Notes under the pieces: generated by a model
Seen by the model: the letters and a program-made list of their open reading frames with translations, nothing else
Databases searched by the model: none
What the model was told of the DNA's origin: nothing
Translations under genes and position numbers: made by a program
Source of the DNA: an uncultured Actinomycetes bacterium
GTDB taxonomy: Bacteria > Actinomycetota > Thermoleophilia > UBA2241
Direction of reading: 5' to 3'
Assembly (NCBI GenBank): GCA_963725665.1
Contig: CAVRZA010000004.1
Coordinates: 64,001 to 128,000 of the forward strand
DNA length: 64,000 nt
Part shown: in pieces, positions 46,519 to 56,566 of the stretch
How positions within the stretch are numbered: position 1 is the first letter of the stretch
How the letters are laid out: each line of letters opens with the position of its first letter

Positions 46519-48504
46519 ATGCCCGGGGCGGGTGGCGACGGCGGACGACCGGTCGTCCGTCCGCGAGGGCCGATGGGCCCCGGCCCAGGCGGCCCCGGCG
46601 CCCACATGCTGATCATGCCGGCGGCCAAGTCGAAGGACTTCCGCGGCACGATGAAGCGGCTCGTGAGCATGCTGCGGCCCGAGCGCGCCCGCATCGTGCT
46701 GGTGGTGCTTCTGGCCGTGGTCAGCGTGACGTTCGCCATCCTCGGTCCGAGGCTCCTGGGCGCGGCGACCAACATCCTCTTCGACGGCGTGGTGAGCAAG
46801 AGACTGCCCGCCGGCGTCACGCAGCAGCAGGCCGTCGCCGCGCTGAGGGCCAGGGGCGAAGGCACACTGGCCGACATGCTCTCGAGCATGCACCTGCATC
46901 CCGGCCAGGGTGTCGACTTCGCGGCTCTCGAGCGCACGCTGCTGCTGCTCGTCGGCGTCTATCTGGCGAGCGCTCTCTTCGGCTGGCTGCAGCAGTTCAT
47001 CATGGCAGGCGTAGCTCAGCGCACGGTCTACCGCCTGCGGCAGGCGGCGGACGAGAAGCTCGCCCGCCTGCCGCTCAAGTACTTCGACGACCACCCGCGC
47101 GGGGACGTGCTGAGCCGAGTGACCAACGACGTCGACAACATCTCGCAGTCGTTGCAGCAGACCATGACCCAGCTCATCACCGCCGTTCTGACGATCGTCG
47201 GCGTGCTCATCATGATGGTCTCGATCAGCGTCCTTCTGGCGGCCATCTGCGTGCTGTTCGTGCCGCTCTCCTTCGTGCTCACGATGCTCATCGCGAAGCG
47301 CTCGCAGAAGCAGTTCGCGGCGCAGTGGGAGCGCACCGGCGACCTCAACGGACACGTCGAGGAGATGTTCACGGGCCACAACGTCGTGAAGGTCTTCGGC
47401 CGCCAGGAGAAGGCGATCGCCCACTTCGACGACCAGAACGAGCAGCTCTATCAGGCGAGCTTCAAGGCGCAGTTCATCTCGGGGATGATCCAGCCGGTGC
47501 TCAACTTCGTCGGCAACCTCAACTACGTCGCCATCGCGGTTGTGGGCGGCCTCGGTGTGGCCAACGGTAGCCTCTCGCTCGGTGAGGTGCAGGCCTTCAT
47601 CCAGTACTCGCGTCAGTTCACCATGCCCATCACACAGACGGCCAGCATCATGAACGTGCTGCAGTCGACGGCGGCGTCGGCCGAGCGCGTCTTCGAGCTG
47701 CTCGACGAGCCCGAAGAGGCGGCCGACGCCGCCGAACCCGTCGCCCTCGCGCGCACGCGCGGCCACATCGCCTTCGAGGGCGTGTCGTTCCGCTACGCTC
47801 CCGACACGCCCCTCATCGACGATCTCGACCTCGACGTGCGCGCGGGCCAGACCGTCGCCATCGTAGGACCGACCGGGGCCGGCAAGACCACTCTGGTGAA
47901 CCTTCTGTTGCGCTTCTACGAGATCGACGGCGGGCGCATCACGATCGACGGCGTCGACACGCGTGCGATGACGCGCAGCGACCTGCGCCGGCTGTTCGGC
48001 ATGGTGCTGCAGGATGCCTGGCTGTTCACCGGCACGATCCACGACAACATCGCCTACGGGCGCGAGGGCGCGAACGACGAGGAGATCAGGGCCGCGTCAC
48101 GCGCCGCGCGCGTGGACCACTTCGTGCGCACGCTGCCCGAAGGCTACGCCACGGTCCTCGACGACGACGCGACGTCGGTCTCGGCGGGTGAGAAGCAGCT
48201 CCTCACCATCGCCAGAGCGTTTCTGGCCGACCCGCAGGTCCTCATCCTCGACGAAGCGACGAGCTCGGTCGACACGCGCACCGAGGTGCTCATCCAGGAG
48301 GCGATGGCCGAGCTCATGAAGGGCCGCACGAGCTTCGTCATCGCGCACCGCCTCTCGACCATCCGCGGCGCCGACATCATCCTCGTCATGGACCACGGGC
48401 GCATCATCGAGAAAGGCACGCACCAGGAGCTGCTCGACCTTCGCGGCTTCTACCACGACCTCTACGCAAGTCAGTTCGTCGAGGCGCTCGAGGAAGCCTC
48501 GTAG
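46519..48504 (+). CDS. Heterodimeric ABC exporter subunit B (true start possibly 46446 with an early frameshift)
   Basis: GDVLSRVTNDVDN, GPTGAGKT, VSAGEKQ, ILDEATSS, IAHRLST. Confidence 0.94.
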   Translation: MPGAGGDGGRPVVRPRGPMGPGPGGPGAHMLIMPAAKSKDFRGTMKRLVSMLRPERARIVLVVLLAVVSVTFAILGPRLLGAATNILFDGVVSKRLPAGVTQQQAVAALRARGEGTLADMLSSMHLHPGQGVDFAALERTLLLLVGVYLASALFGWLQQFIMAGVAQRTVYRLRQAADEKLARLPLKYFDDHPRGDVLSRVTNDVDNISQSLQQTMTQLITAVLTIVGVLIMMVSISVLLAAICVLFVPLSFVLTMLIAKRSQKQFAAQWERTGDLNGHVEEMFTGHNVVKVFGRQEKAIAHFDDQNEQLYQASFKAQFISGMIQPVLNFVGNLNYVAIAVVGGLGVANGSLSLGEVQAFIQYSRQFTMPITQTASIMNVLQSTAASAERVFELLDEPEEAADAAEPVALARTRGHIAFEGVSFRYAPDTPLIDDLDLDVRAGQTVAIVGPTGAGKTTLVNLLLRFYEIDGGRITIDGVDTRAMTRSDLRRLFGMVLQDAWLFTGTIHDNIAYGREGANDEEIRAASRAARVDHFVRTLPEGYATVLDDDATSVSAGEKQLLTIARAFLADPQVLILDEATSSVDTRTEVLIQEAMAELMKGRTSFVIAHRLSTIRGADIILVMDHGRIIEKGTHQELLDLRGFYHDLYASQFVEALEEAS

Positions 48505-48531
48505 ACGGCACGGAGTGAGCGGCGTCGAGGG

Positions 48532-49734
48532 CTAGCCTTGCACGCTCAGCGTCGCCATCTCGGCGCTCGCCTGACTGGCGACGCCGCGCGGCGAGATGAC
48601 GATCAGCGCGATATCGTCGGCCGCAGGTCCGCCGTTCGCGGCTCTGATGTCGTGGAGGAGCCGGTCTACGCTTTCGTCCGTCAGACCGAGGGGCCCCAGT
48701 CGGGACAGCTCATCGATGAGACGATCCTCCCCGTAGCGGGCAGAGCTGACCGGCGCCGCGCGGCCCTCGATGAGGCCGTCGGTGTAGGCGAACAGGGTCC
48801 AAGGGTCGGCTAGCGGCACGTCGGTGAACACCGGCTTGATGTGAGCGGCGACACCGAGGGGGAGTGTCGGGTGCGTCTCGAGCAGCCGGCTACCGTGCTC
48901 GTTGATCAGCAGAATCGGGGGGTGCCCGACGGACATGTAGGTGAGTCGATGCTCGCGCATATCTAGCCAAGCCAGGCAGACCGTGACGAAGGCGCCAGCG
49001 GGGGGTTCATCCCAGAAGACGGTCCTGTTGAGGGTGGCCAGAACGGTGGGAGGGTCGCTTCCCGCGAGTATCAGTCCCCTCCATGTTGAGCGCAGGGTCG
49101 TTCCGAGGGCCGCGGCCACAGGCCCGTGACCGGCGACGTCGCCGAGGATCATTGCCAGGCTGTGGCTCTCGACGGCGACGATGTCGAGGAAGTCGCCGCC
49201 GAGGTTGAGACGCCGCTCGCTGGGGACGTAGCGGGTGAGCACCCTCAAGCGAGGGTGAGTGAAGGGGAGGCGAGGGAGGAGGCCCGCCTCGAGCGTCTCG
49301 TAGAGAGCCGCCGTCTCCTCTTGCAGTTCGCGGCGCTCGGCGCTGGTGCGCATGGCGTCGGCGACGCGGCCGGCGACGAGAGCGGCTGCCGCCCAGATCA
49401 CAACGCCGCCGAGCGTTCCGATCGGGGTGCCGACATCGCCCAGGTCGGCGACGAACGCGAAGAACAGCGCGCCTGCCGTCACCGACACGAGCACCCCGAC
49501 GAGCGGTCCGGTCAGCACCGCCGCCACTACTACGATGAGGGCGACCCCCGAGCCGGGGATGCCGAGCAGGGTCTGGGACGAGTTGAGGATGCCGATCGGT
49601 GCCAGGAACACCGCGAGCGCCACGACGGAGACGAGGTAGACGAGGAGCCCGGAATGGCGGCGCCGCAGCGACAGCCAGCCATGTCGGCGCAGGACCGTCG
49701 TGCTACGTTCGGGGGGGCCCGATGCGTCCATCAC
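48532..49734 (-). CDS. Membrane-anchored PP2C/SpoIIE (RsbU-like) phosphatase
   Basis: N-terminal TMs; GGDFLD, GDVAGHG, GHPP, YTDGLIE, DDIALI. Confidence 0.92.
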   Translation of the reverse strand: MMDASGPPERSTTVLRRHGWLSLRRRHSGLLVYLVSVVALAVFLAPIGILNSSQTLLGIPGSGVALIVVVAAVLTGPLVGVLVSVTAGALFFAFVADLGDVGTPIGTLGGVVIWAAAALVAGRVADAMRTSAERRELQEETAALYETLEAGLLPRLPFTHPRLRVLTRYVPSERRLNLGGDFLDIVAVESHSLAMILGDVAGHGPVAAALGTTLRSTWRGLILAGSDPPTVLATLNRTVFWDEPPAGAFVTVCLAWLDMREHRLTYMSVGHPPILLINEHGSRLLETHPTLPLGVAAHIKPVFTDVPLADPWTLFAYTDGLIEGRAAPVSSARYGEDRLIDELSRLGPLGLTDESVDRLLHDIRAANGGPAADDIALIVISPRGVASQASAEMATLSVQG

Positions 49735-49969
49735 ACCTATTGAGGGAGCGTGTCATCACAAGTCGGACCTCTCCGTGGGTCGGGGGACTCTAAAAGGAGT
49801 CTTGCGCGGATTATACGCGGCGAGCGCCGCCGTCCGCCCCCGGGGGGAGGGGCTCCCTCGAGTGCAGCGTCGACTACGTCGGCTCGCGGGACGGTGGGTT
49901 GTGCCTCTTCCCAGAGTCCGCTGTCGAGCTACGCCTCAACACCGAGGCGCTCGACGGCGACCTCACCGA

Positions 49970-51389
49970 CTACTCCGCACAGCCGTACGACTGACTGTCA
50001 GCTACAAGTGCCGGCGCCCCGCCGAGGGACACCCGCCTGAGCATCCTGAGGTAGGCGCGGTTGGCCCTCTCCCTAGGCCACCGGCGCAGGAACCACCAGT
50101 ACCAGCTGTACAGGGCCATCGGGCCGAAACGGCGGGCAGCCAGGTACTTGAGCCACTGGCCCGGCGAGTAGAAGCGCGAGTAGGCGCGCAGCACCTCCCT
50201 CTGGAGCTCGTCGGCGGTCATCAGCGCCGGCGTGAAGACCACGTGCAGGGCGTCGTAGAGATCCCAGTGCCTGTCGAAGATGCGACCCGCCGTGTCAAGG
50301 TCGGTGAACTGCCGCGTGCCCGGGAGCGGGGTGAGGATGTTGAGCATCAGCGTGTCTACGTCGTGCTCCCGGGCGAACCTCACCGTGTCGCGTACGGTCT
50401 CGGCCGAGTCGGTGTCGGCGCCCAGCACGAACATGCCGTGGCTCTTGATGCCGTACTCGTGCAGCGTGTCGATGGCGCGCGCGATGTCGTCGAGGCTCTG
50501 CGACTTCTCGAAGCCATCCAACGTCGTCTGGCTGACCGATTCGAAGCCTATCGCGAGCAGGTCGCAGCCGGAACGTCGCATCAGGTCGAGCAGCTCGTGG
50601 GTCCTTCGCGACGTCGGCGCGTACCTGGGCCGACCAGGGGATCGCTCGGCCGCTGGCGATCATTGCACGCAGCAACGTCTTGAGCCGCCGCCTGTCGGCG
50701 GCGAAGTTGTCGTCGTAGAAGAAGATGCGCTGCGGGAGCTTCTCCTCGAGCTCGGCCATCACGTGCTCCACACTGCGGTAGCGGTACGTGCGGCCGAACA
50801 TGGCGGTGACCGAGCAGAAGTTGCAGACGAAGGGGCAGCCCCAGCTCGTCATGATCGGGGTTGCTCGCAACTCCTTGCAGCCGGCGATCAGCGAGAGGTC
50901 GGGTACGGGAAGAGCGTCGAGATCTTTGCAGCGGTCGCGCGGCCGGTTGTGAATGGCTACGCCACCCCGCGTGAACGAAAGACCTGGGATGTCCTCGAGC
51001 TCTCGCCGGCCTGCGAGCGCGTCGATGAGCTCGAGCATCAAGGCCTCGCCGCCTTCGCCGCGCGCCACGTAGTCGACGTGTTCGAGTGCCTCATCGGCCA
51101 TGAAGGTCACGTGGGAGCCGCCGATCACCGTGGGGATGCCGCGTTGGCGAAGCCGGTCGGCCATCTCGTAGGCGGCCGGCGCCGTCGACGTGGTGCTCGA
51201 GATGCCCACCAGGTCCGCAGCGAGCACGTCGTCCCAGTCGACAGGGTGGAGCTGAGGGCAGTAGATGACCACGTCGTGGCCGGCCGCCTTCAATGCCGCG
51301 CCGATCATGGGCAGGCCGAGACGCGGGAAGAAGGTGTAGGACCACATGTGGATGTGGGCAGGGGCTGGTTCTATGAGGCGGATCTTCAT
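49970..51389 (-). CDS. B12-binding radical SAM protein, paralog of 15830-17317; apparent frameshift near 50597
   Basis: KIRLIEPAP, PRLGLPMIGAALKAAGHDV, CPFVCNFC, FFYDDN, GFESV. Confidence 0.9.
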
Positions 51390-53041
51390 GCCGCGACCCG
51401 CCTGCGTATCAGAAGGAGAGCGATGTCGTCGGCCATAGGAGCGCCGTTGGCCGTCTCGACGTCGGCGAGGAGGCGGTCGATCTCATCATCGTCGCGCAGC
51501 GGCCTGCGTTGCAGCCGGTCAACAAGACGACCCTCGCCGTAACGTTCCGATTCCCCCGGCTGCGCGCGTCCCTCGACCAGTCCGTCCGTGTAGAACAGCA
51601 AGGACCACGAACCATCCAGATGGAAGTTGACCGGGCTCCAGATGTCGTTCCCCTCAACGCCGAGCGGGAGGGCCGGCGGGGAGTCGAGTGACGCCACTCG
51701 GGGCGTCAGCAGCAGGGGGAGGGGGTGACCGATGTTGAGGCAACGTACCTGGTCACCGACGGCGCTGACCCACGCCAGCGAGGCGGTCGCGAAGGTCTCC
51801 TCAGCGCGACGTTCCCTGACCACCACGGCATCGAGGGTGCTCCTGATCGTGCGTGGGGAGGCGCCGCTCATGACCAGGGCCTGCCACGTCGACCGCAGGC
51901 TGGCGCCGAGCGCCGCGGCGGCCGGACCGTGGCCGCTCACATCGCCCACGATCAGGGCCAGTTCGCCGTCGTCGAGCGCCAGCACGTCGAGGAAGTCGCC
52001 GCCCAGCCTGAGCCGGCTCTCCGAGGGGCGGTAGCGCCGAACGACCTCGAGGCTTCCATGCTCGACGAACGCGGGCGGGATGAGGTTCCCCTCGAGGGCG
52101 GCGTGGAGATAGACGAGCTGATGCTGGGCCTCGCGGCGGCGTGCGTTCTCGAGGGCGACACTCGCCTGATCGGCGAACCCCTGGGCCACGTTCGCAAGTT
52201 GGCCGTCAAGGCTGGGCAGGCCCACCTGCCAGCTCAGGGTGAGGAGTCCCTTCAGCCTCCCCCCACTGACCATAGGCGCGATGAGCGACCTGCGCAGCGG
52301 AAGATGCTTGGTCGCCGACAGGAGAGGTCCTCCCGATGCTGCTTCCTCGACGTCTCCCAGAACGACCGGCCGTCGGGTGCTGACCAGTGCCTCGACGTTG
52401 GGGAAGTCCGACAGGGAGAACGCGGCGAGAGCCGAGTTCATCGCCGCCTCGGGGTCACCTCCGATGAGGGTGACCGTCTGGCCTTCGACCGCGTACAGGC
52501 GCACCCAATCGGATCCGAAGATCTCGTGCGCGGTGCGGCAGATCTCCGCGCCCACATCGGCGGAGTCTTTCACGTGAAGCGATGGAGCGTGCAGCATGAT
52601 GCGCTCCATCGCTTCGCGCACCAGAGTCTCGCGACTGAGGGACTCGGCGGCGCGCTCACCGCTGCGCTGGTGACGTCGCAGCAAGTTGGCCAGGCTCCCC
52701 GCGAGGACCGCCGCGAGGCACCAGATGGCGGCTCCGCCGATCGTCCCGAAGGTGGAGGACGTGGCTCCGAGATGAGCCACGAGGAGGAAGAAGGCGACCG
52801 CGCCGACGAGGGCGCACACGATCCCGACCGTGGGGCCGGCGAGGATGGCAGCCAGCATGACGACGAGCGTGACCCCGGAGCCCGGGATCCCAAGGAGCAG
52901 CTCGGACGACGGGTTCGCGCCGGCAAGGGCGAGAAAGCAGACCTCGACGCTGGCCGCGACCGCGAGGACCACGAGCGGCCGCCGACGCGCCGGGAGTCGC
53001 TCGAGGAGTGGACGGACACGCAGTCGATTCGAGGGAGACAC
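51386..53041 (-). CDS. Membrane-anchored GAF + PP2C/SpoIIE phosphatase
   Basis: TMs, GAF (FADQASVALENAR), GGDFLD, GDVSGHG, YTDGLVE, DDIALL; stop overlaps the radical SAM start. Confidence 0.92.
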   Translation of the reverse strand: MSPSNRLRVRPLLERLPARRRPLVVLAVAASVEVCFLALAGANPSSELLLGIPGSGVTLVVMLAAILAGPTVGIVCALVGAVAFFLLVAHLGATSSTFGTIGGAAIWCLAAVLAGSLANLLRRHQRSGERAAESLSRETLVREAMERIMLHAPSLHVKDSADVGAEICRTAHEIFGSDWVRLYAVEGQTVTLIGGDPEAAMNSALAAFSLSDFPNVEALVSTRRPVVLGDVEEAASGGPLLSATKHLPLRRSLIAPMVSGGRLKGLLTLSWQVGLPSLDGQLANVAQGFADQASVALENARRREAQHQLVYLHAALEGNLIPPAFVEHGSLEVVRRYRPSESRLRLGGDFLDVLALDDGELALIVGDVSGHGPAAAALGASLRSTWQALVMSGASPRTIRSTLDAVVVRERRAEETFATASLAWVSAVGDQVRCLNIGHPLPLLLTPRVASLDSPPALPLGVEGNDIWSPVNFHLDGSWSLLFYTDGLVEGRAQPGESERYGEGRLVDRLQRRPLRDDDEIDRLLADVETANGAPMADDIALLLIRRRVAA

Positions 53042-53452
53042 GCAACCGGCCCCTGGTAGCGAAGCGCTGCCGGGGCGGTGCGACGAAGTGGTGGCGCGGT
53101 CCGAGGGCCCCGATATCCCTCGAATCGTAGCTAGGTCTCGTATCCTACGTCAAAGGACAATGAACGCAAACATTCATACGCAAAGATGCGGTGACTAGTG
53201 CTCACATCCTCTGCGCTCTCTTTGAGTACCAAGACCAACGCAAAAGGAGGAATTTCCAGGAATATGTCCCTCGATATAGAGGGATAGCTGCAAACTGCCG
53301 GGAATGTACGCTGAGATAAGGTTACGTCTGGAGTTCGACGGGGAGACTCAAAGTGAGCCGATCACGTTCTGTCAGGAATGACAGGCAGCGGCCGAACCGC
53401 CCGGCGAGCTCCCTCCTCGAGCTGGCTGTGCCCGATGCTTGGGGGCCGCCCA

Positions 53453-54103
53453 ATGAGCGAGCAACCTGGGGCACACGAACGTCTGCTCACCCCTGATCAA
53501 GTCGCCGAGCGATTGAGCCTGAGCGTCCTCACGGTGCGGGCCTGGTTGCGCTCGGGAAAGCTCCCGGGGGCCAAACCTGGAGGCAAGGTCTGGCGCGTGC
53601 GTGAGGCCGATCTCGACGAGTACATCCGTGCTCTTAGCCAGGGCGACGGCCACCGGGGCAACGGCCACCAGGGCGACGGTCACCAGAGCGACGGGCACCG
53701 GGCAACGGGCACCGCGTCGTCCAAGACCGGCGTTGAGAGCCGCGACGGCCGAGGCTGGTGCTACGCCGATCCGCCAACGGCGGCAGGCAGTGCAGAACCG
53801 CCGCCATCACCATCAGAGAGAGGGCAGCAATGCATCATTTTGGCGCCGCGCGACGACCGGTTAGCAGCCGCTATCGCGTCGCCACCTTCGAAGAACGCAG
53901 AGTCTGCGCCGAGGAGGGCTGTGTCACCCGGCTCTCGATCTACAATCCCGGCGCCTTCTGTGCTCTTCACGCGACGCGAGCCCGTTCATTCTCCACCTCG
54001 GGACGGTAGCGGCGGCGGGGCGGCGGCTGCTTTGAGCGGAGGCACCTTAGTAATCCGCAAAGACTCCTTAACACGAACTCAACAAGTATGGGGCAGACTG
54101 TGA
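53453..54103 (+). CDS. Excisionase/BldC-like HTH protein with (G/S)(D/N)GH(R/Q) repeats; C-terminal extent uncertain
   Basis: LLTPDQVAERLSLSVLTVRAWLRSGKLPGAK..KVWRVREADL; GDGHR GNGHQ GDGHQ SDGHR. Confidence 0.75.
   Translation: MSEQPGAHERLLTPDQVAERLSLSVLTVRAWLRSGKLPGAKPGGKVWRVREADLDEYIRALSQGDGHRGNGHQGDGHQSDGHRATGTASSKTGVESRDGRGWCYADPPTAAGSAEPPPSPSERGQQCIILAPRDDRLAAAIASPPSKNAESAPRRAVSPGSRSTIPAPSVLFTRREPVHSPPRDGSGGGAAAALSGGTLVIRKDSLTRTQQVWGRL
53830..54009 (+). CDS. 59-aa putative zinc-finger protein
   Basis: RVCAEEGCVTRLSIYNPGAFCALH (C-x4-C...C-x2-H); GAGAGG RBS before ATG 53830. Confidence 0.65.
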   Translation: MHHFGAARRPVSSRYRVATFEERRVCAEEGCVTRLSIYNPGAFCALHATRARSFSTSGR

Positions 54104-54168
54104 CCGTGGCTCCTTTCGCTGAATAAGCGAGACCCCCCTCCAGGAGGGCTTCCCCCAAAGCCCTCGAG

Positions 54169-54200
54169 AAGGCCCCGTTCCCGGCGGGGTCTTTTCTTTT
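54169..54200 (+). terminator. Intrinsic terminator
   Basis: AAGGCCCCGT/GCGGGGTCTT stem followed by TTCTTTT. Confidence 0.8.
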
Positions 54201-54250
54201 GCGCAGAACCTCGCGGCACAGACCCGTTGCCCGGCCCGTCTGAAAAGCCG

Positions 54251-54658
54251 TCAGCTCTCGAGCAGTCCGCGCAGCGCCCCCAGTGACCGCTCGGCCGCGT
54301 CGTGGTCGATGGCGTAGAAGGTCCACCTGCCGCGGGTCTCCTCCGTCACCAGGCCGGCCTCTTTGAGCACGCGGAGGTGGTACGAGGTCTTGGACTGGCC
54401 GAGCTCGAACTGCTCCTGGAACTCGCACACGCAGATGCCTTGCGGTTCGTCGCTTCCGGGAACACCACGGGTGCAGGGCGCGGACAGGCCACAACACCCG
54501 CGTCCTTGGGACATCATCTCGAGCATGCGCACTCGGATCGGGTCGGAGAGGGCCTTCGCGACCCGCACCAGGTCGGCCGTCTCGCTCTCCGCGACCCTGC
54601 GGCGGCTCGCGTCGGCACCGGTCCCTTTCTTCAGCTTCGTCACTGAGGTCCTCGTCAT
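54251..54658 (-). CDS. arsR: ArsR/SmtB family regulator
   Basis: KALSDPIRVRML, CC pair, ICVCEF, QSKTSYHLRVLKEAGLV; divergent from the ars genes. Confidence 0.92.
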   Translation of the reverse strand: MTRTSVTKLKKGTGADASRRRVAESETADLVRVAKALSDPIRVRMLEMMSQGRGCCGLSAPCTRGVPGSDEPQGICVCEFQEQFELGQSKTSYHLRVLKEAGLVTEETRGRWTFYAIDHDAAERSLGALRGLLES

Positions 54659-54736
54659 GGGTGATCCTCTCGGTACCTCTCGGCCAGACGATCGGTGGTT
54701 GATCGCGATGCTAGCACAACTTTTCTTGATGTGGGA

Positions 54737-54764
54737 TTGACATCAACTCTTCTTGATGTATTCT
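54737..54764 (+). promoter_or_regulatory. ars promoter/operator
   Basis: TTGACA N16 TATTCT overlapped by the palindrome ACATCAA-N6-TTGATGT; extra TTGATGT half-sites flank it. Confidence 0.75.
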
Positions 54765-54808
54765 AACACCTAACGAACTTGATGTGAACACGTCATTGGG
54801 AGGACGTC

Positions 54809-55627
54809 ATGAGCGAGATTGGGACGGGCGAGGACCTGAAGGACCGCGTGCGCGAGCATTACGCCGAACGGGCCAAGGCCGCGGCCGAGGCGCAGCCGTG
54901 TAGCTGTTGCGGCGGGGCCGCCGTGGAGCCACAGGACGAGTTCGCGCGCGGCCTGTACGCCGTCGATGAGGCTGGCTCGCTGCCGCCCGAGGCGGTGCTC
55001 GCCAGCCTCGGATGCGGCAACCCGACCGCGCTCGCTGAGCTGCACGAGGGTGAGGTCGTGCTCGACCTGGGGAGTGGCGGCGGCATCGACGTGCTCCTCT
55101 CGGCTCGCCGTGTGGGCCCGACGGGCAAGGCCTACGGTCTCGATATGACCGACGAGATGCTCGCGCTGGCGCGCGGCAACCAACGCAAGGCCGGCGTCGA
55201 GAACGTCGAGTTCCTCAAGGGCGAGATCGAGGACGTGCCGCTGCCCGACGAGACGGTCGACGTGATCATCAGCAACTGCGTCATCAACCTCTCGACCGAC
55301 AAGGATAAGGTGCTCGCCGAGGCGTTCCGCGTGCTCAAGCCGGGCGGTCGCTTCGCGGTCTCCGACGTCGTGTTCCAGGGCGACCTGAGCCTCGTGCCCG
55401 AGAGTGTGAAGGGCGACGCCGAGGCGTGGGCGGGCTGCATCGCCGGCGCGCTCGAGGAGCGCGACTATCTGGCGCGCCTCGAGCGCGCCGGCTTCGAGGA
55501 CGCGTCCCTCGAGGTGACTACCGTTTACGAGGCGTCGCCCGCCAGCTCGTGCTGCGGCAACCCGGCGTTGCCCGAGGGTGTGCGGCTGGTCAGCGGGTTC
55601 ATCCGGGCGACCAAACCGCGCCTGTAG
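54809..55627 (+). CDS. arsM: Arsenite S-adenosylmethionine methyltransferase
   Basis: SCC, SLGCGNP, VLDLGSGGGID, GLDMTDEM, IISNCVINLS, WAGCIAGAL. Confidence 0.95.
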   Translation: MSEIGTGEDLKDRVREHYAERAKAAAEAQPCSCCGGAAVEPQDEFARGLYAVDEAGSLPPEAVLASLGCGNPTALAELHEGEVVLDLGSGGGIDVLLSARRVGPTGKAYGLDMTDEMLALARGNQRKAGVENVEFLKGEIEDVPLPDETVDVIISNCVINLSTDKDKVLAEAFRVLKPGGRFAVSDVVFQGDLSLVPESVKGDAEAWAGCIAGALEERDYLARLERAGFEDASLEVTTVYEASPASSCCGNPALPEGVRLVSGFIRATKPRL

Positions 55628-55746
55628 CAGGGCTGATCGGACTCCGTGGTCGCGATCATGCCGGCACGAGAGAGCCAACGGCAGTCAGCGCGAGCTACAA
55701 TCAGCCTGCTAGACGGGGTAAGTTCGGGCAAACGGAAGGATGCGCC

Positions 55747-56004
55747 ATGAGCGACAAGGAAACGGCGGAGGATCTCGGGCGGATGAGCCCGGTACAGGTC
55801 GTGCAGTGCGCCGAAGGATCCAACACGGTCTGCTGGATCCGCGCCGAGGCGACCGCCGACGATGGCACGTCGACTTCGTATGAGTGCTGTGGCGGCGGCG
55901 GGACGAAGGCGAGCTTCACGGTGCGGACCGGGTTCTTGAGCAGCAAGTCCGTGGATCCGCAAGATGTACCCGACGGGCTGAGCTGGAGCAGGCGTTGCAT
56001 CTGA
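55747..56004 (+). CDS. 85-aa Cys-rich hypothetical protein inside the ars operon
   Basis: GAAGGA RBS, ATG 55747; five Cys including YECC. Confidence 0.7.
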   Translation: MSDKETAEDLGRMSPVQVVQCAEGSNTVCWIRAEATADDGTSTSYECCGGGGTKASFTVRTGFLSSKSVDPQDVPDGLSWSRRCI

Positions 56005-56056
56005 CACGGCAGGCACGAGGTCTGGCGAGGCGGGCACGAGGTCTGACGAGGTCGAG

Positions 56057-56566
56057 GTGATACTCGACCCGCCCCACGTCGCGCGACCAAAGGTCCTCTT
56101 CATCTGCACCGGCAACACTGCGCGCAGCCAGATGGCCGAGGGCTTCCTCCGCGCGCTGGCCGGCGAGCGCTTCGACACCTACAGCGCCGGGCTCGAGCCG
56201 GGCGAGCTGCACCCGCTCACCGTGCAGGTCATGAAGGAGTGCGGCATCGACGTGAGCGGCCAGCGCGCAAAGAGCCTCGACGAGTACCTGGGCAAGCTCA
56301 GCTTCGCCTTTGTGATCACGGTCTGCGACCGCGCCGCACGCAAGTGCCCCATCTTCCCGGGGACGGGCGAGCGGCTGCACTGGTCGTTCGAGGATCCTGC
56401 CGAGATCGTCGGCAGCGACGCGCAGACGCTGGCGAAGTTCCGCGAGGTGCGTGACCTGATCGAGGCGCGCATCCGCGACTGGATCGCAGCCTCGCCCGAT
56501 GCCGTCGTCGCGAGTCCGCCGACGATGATGATCGACCTGCCCGGAGAGGGGGGCGTCGATGGCTGA
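56057..56566 (+). CDS. arsC: Arsenate reductase (LMW-PTP type)
   Basis: [33 protein letters not shown]. Confidence 0.93.
   Translation: MILDPPHVARPKVLFICTGNTARSQMAEGFLRALAGERFDTYSAGLEPGELHPLTVQVMKECGIDVSGQRAKSLDEYLGKLSFAFVITVCDRAARKCPIFPGTGERLHWSFEDPAEIVGSDAQTLAKFREVRDLIEARIRDWIAASPDAVVASPPTMMIDLPGEGGVDG

Noticed and set aside
44905-48042. 1045-aa minus-strand ORF (and similar long ORFs such as 6683-9022 and 37796-40174)
   Set aside because: Antisense or off-frame shadows of real high-GC genes, with no protein motifs
53453-53640. Prophage or ICE inferred from the excisionase-like gene
   Set aside because: No integrase, att site, replication or structural genes nearby
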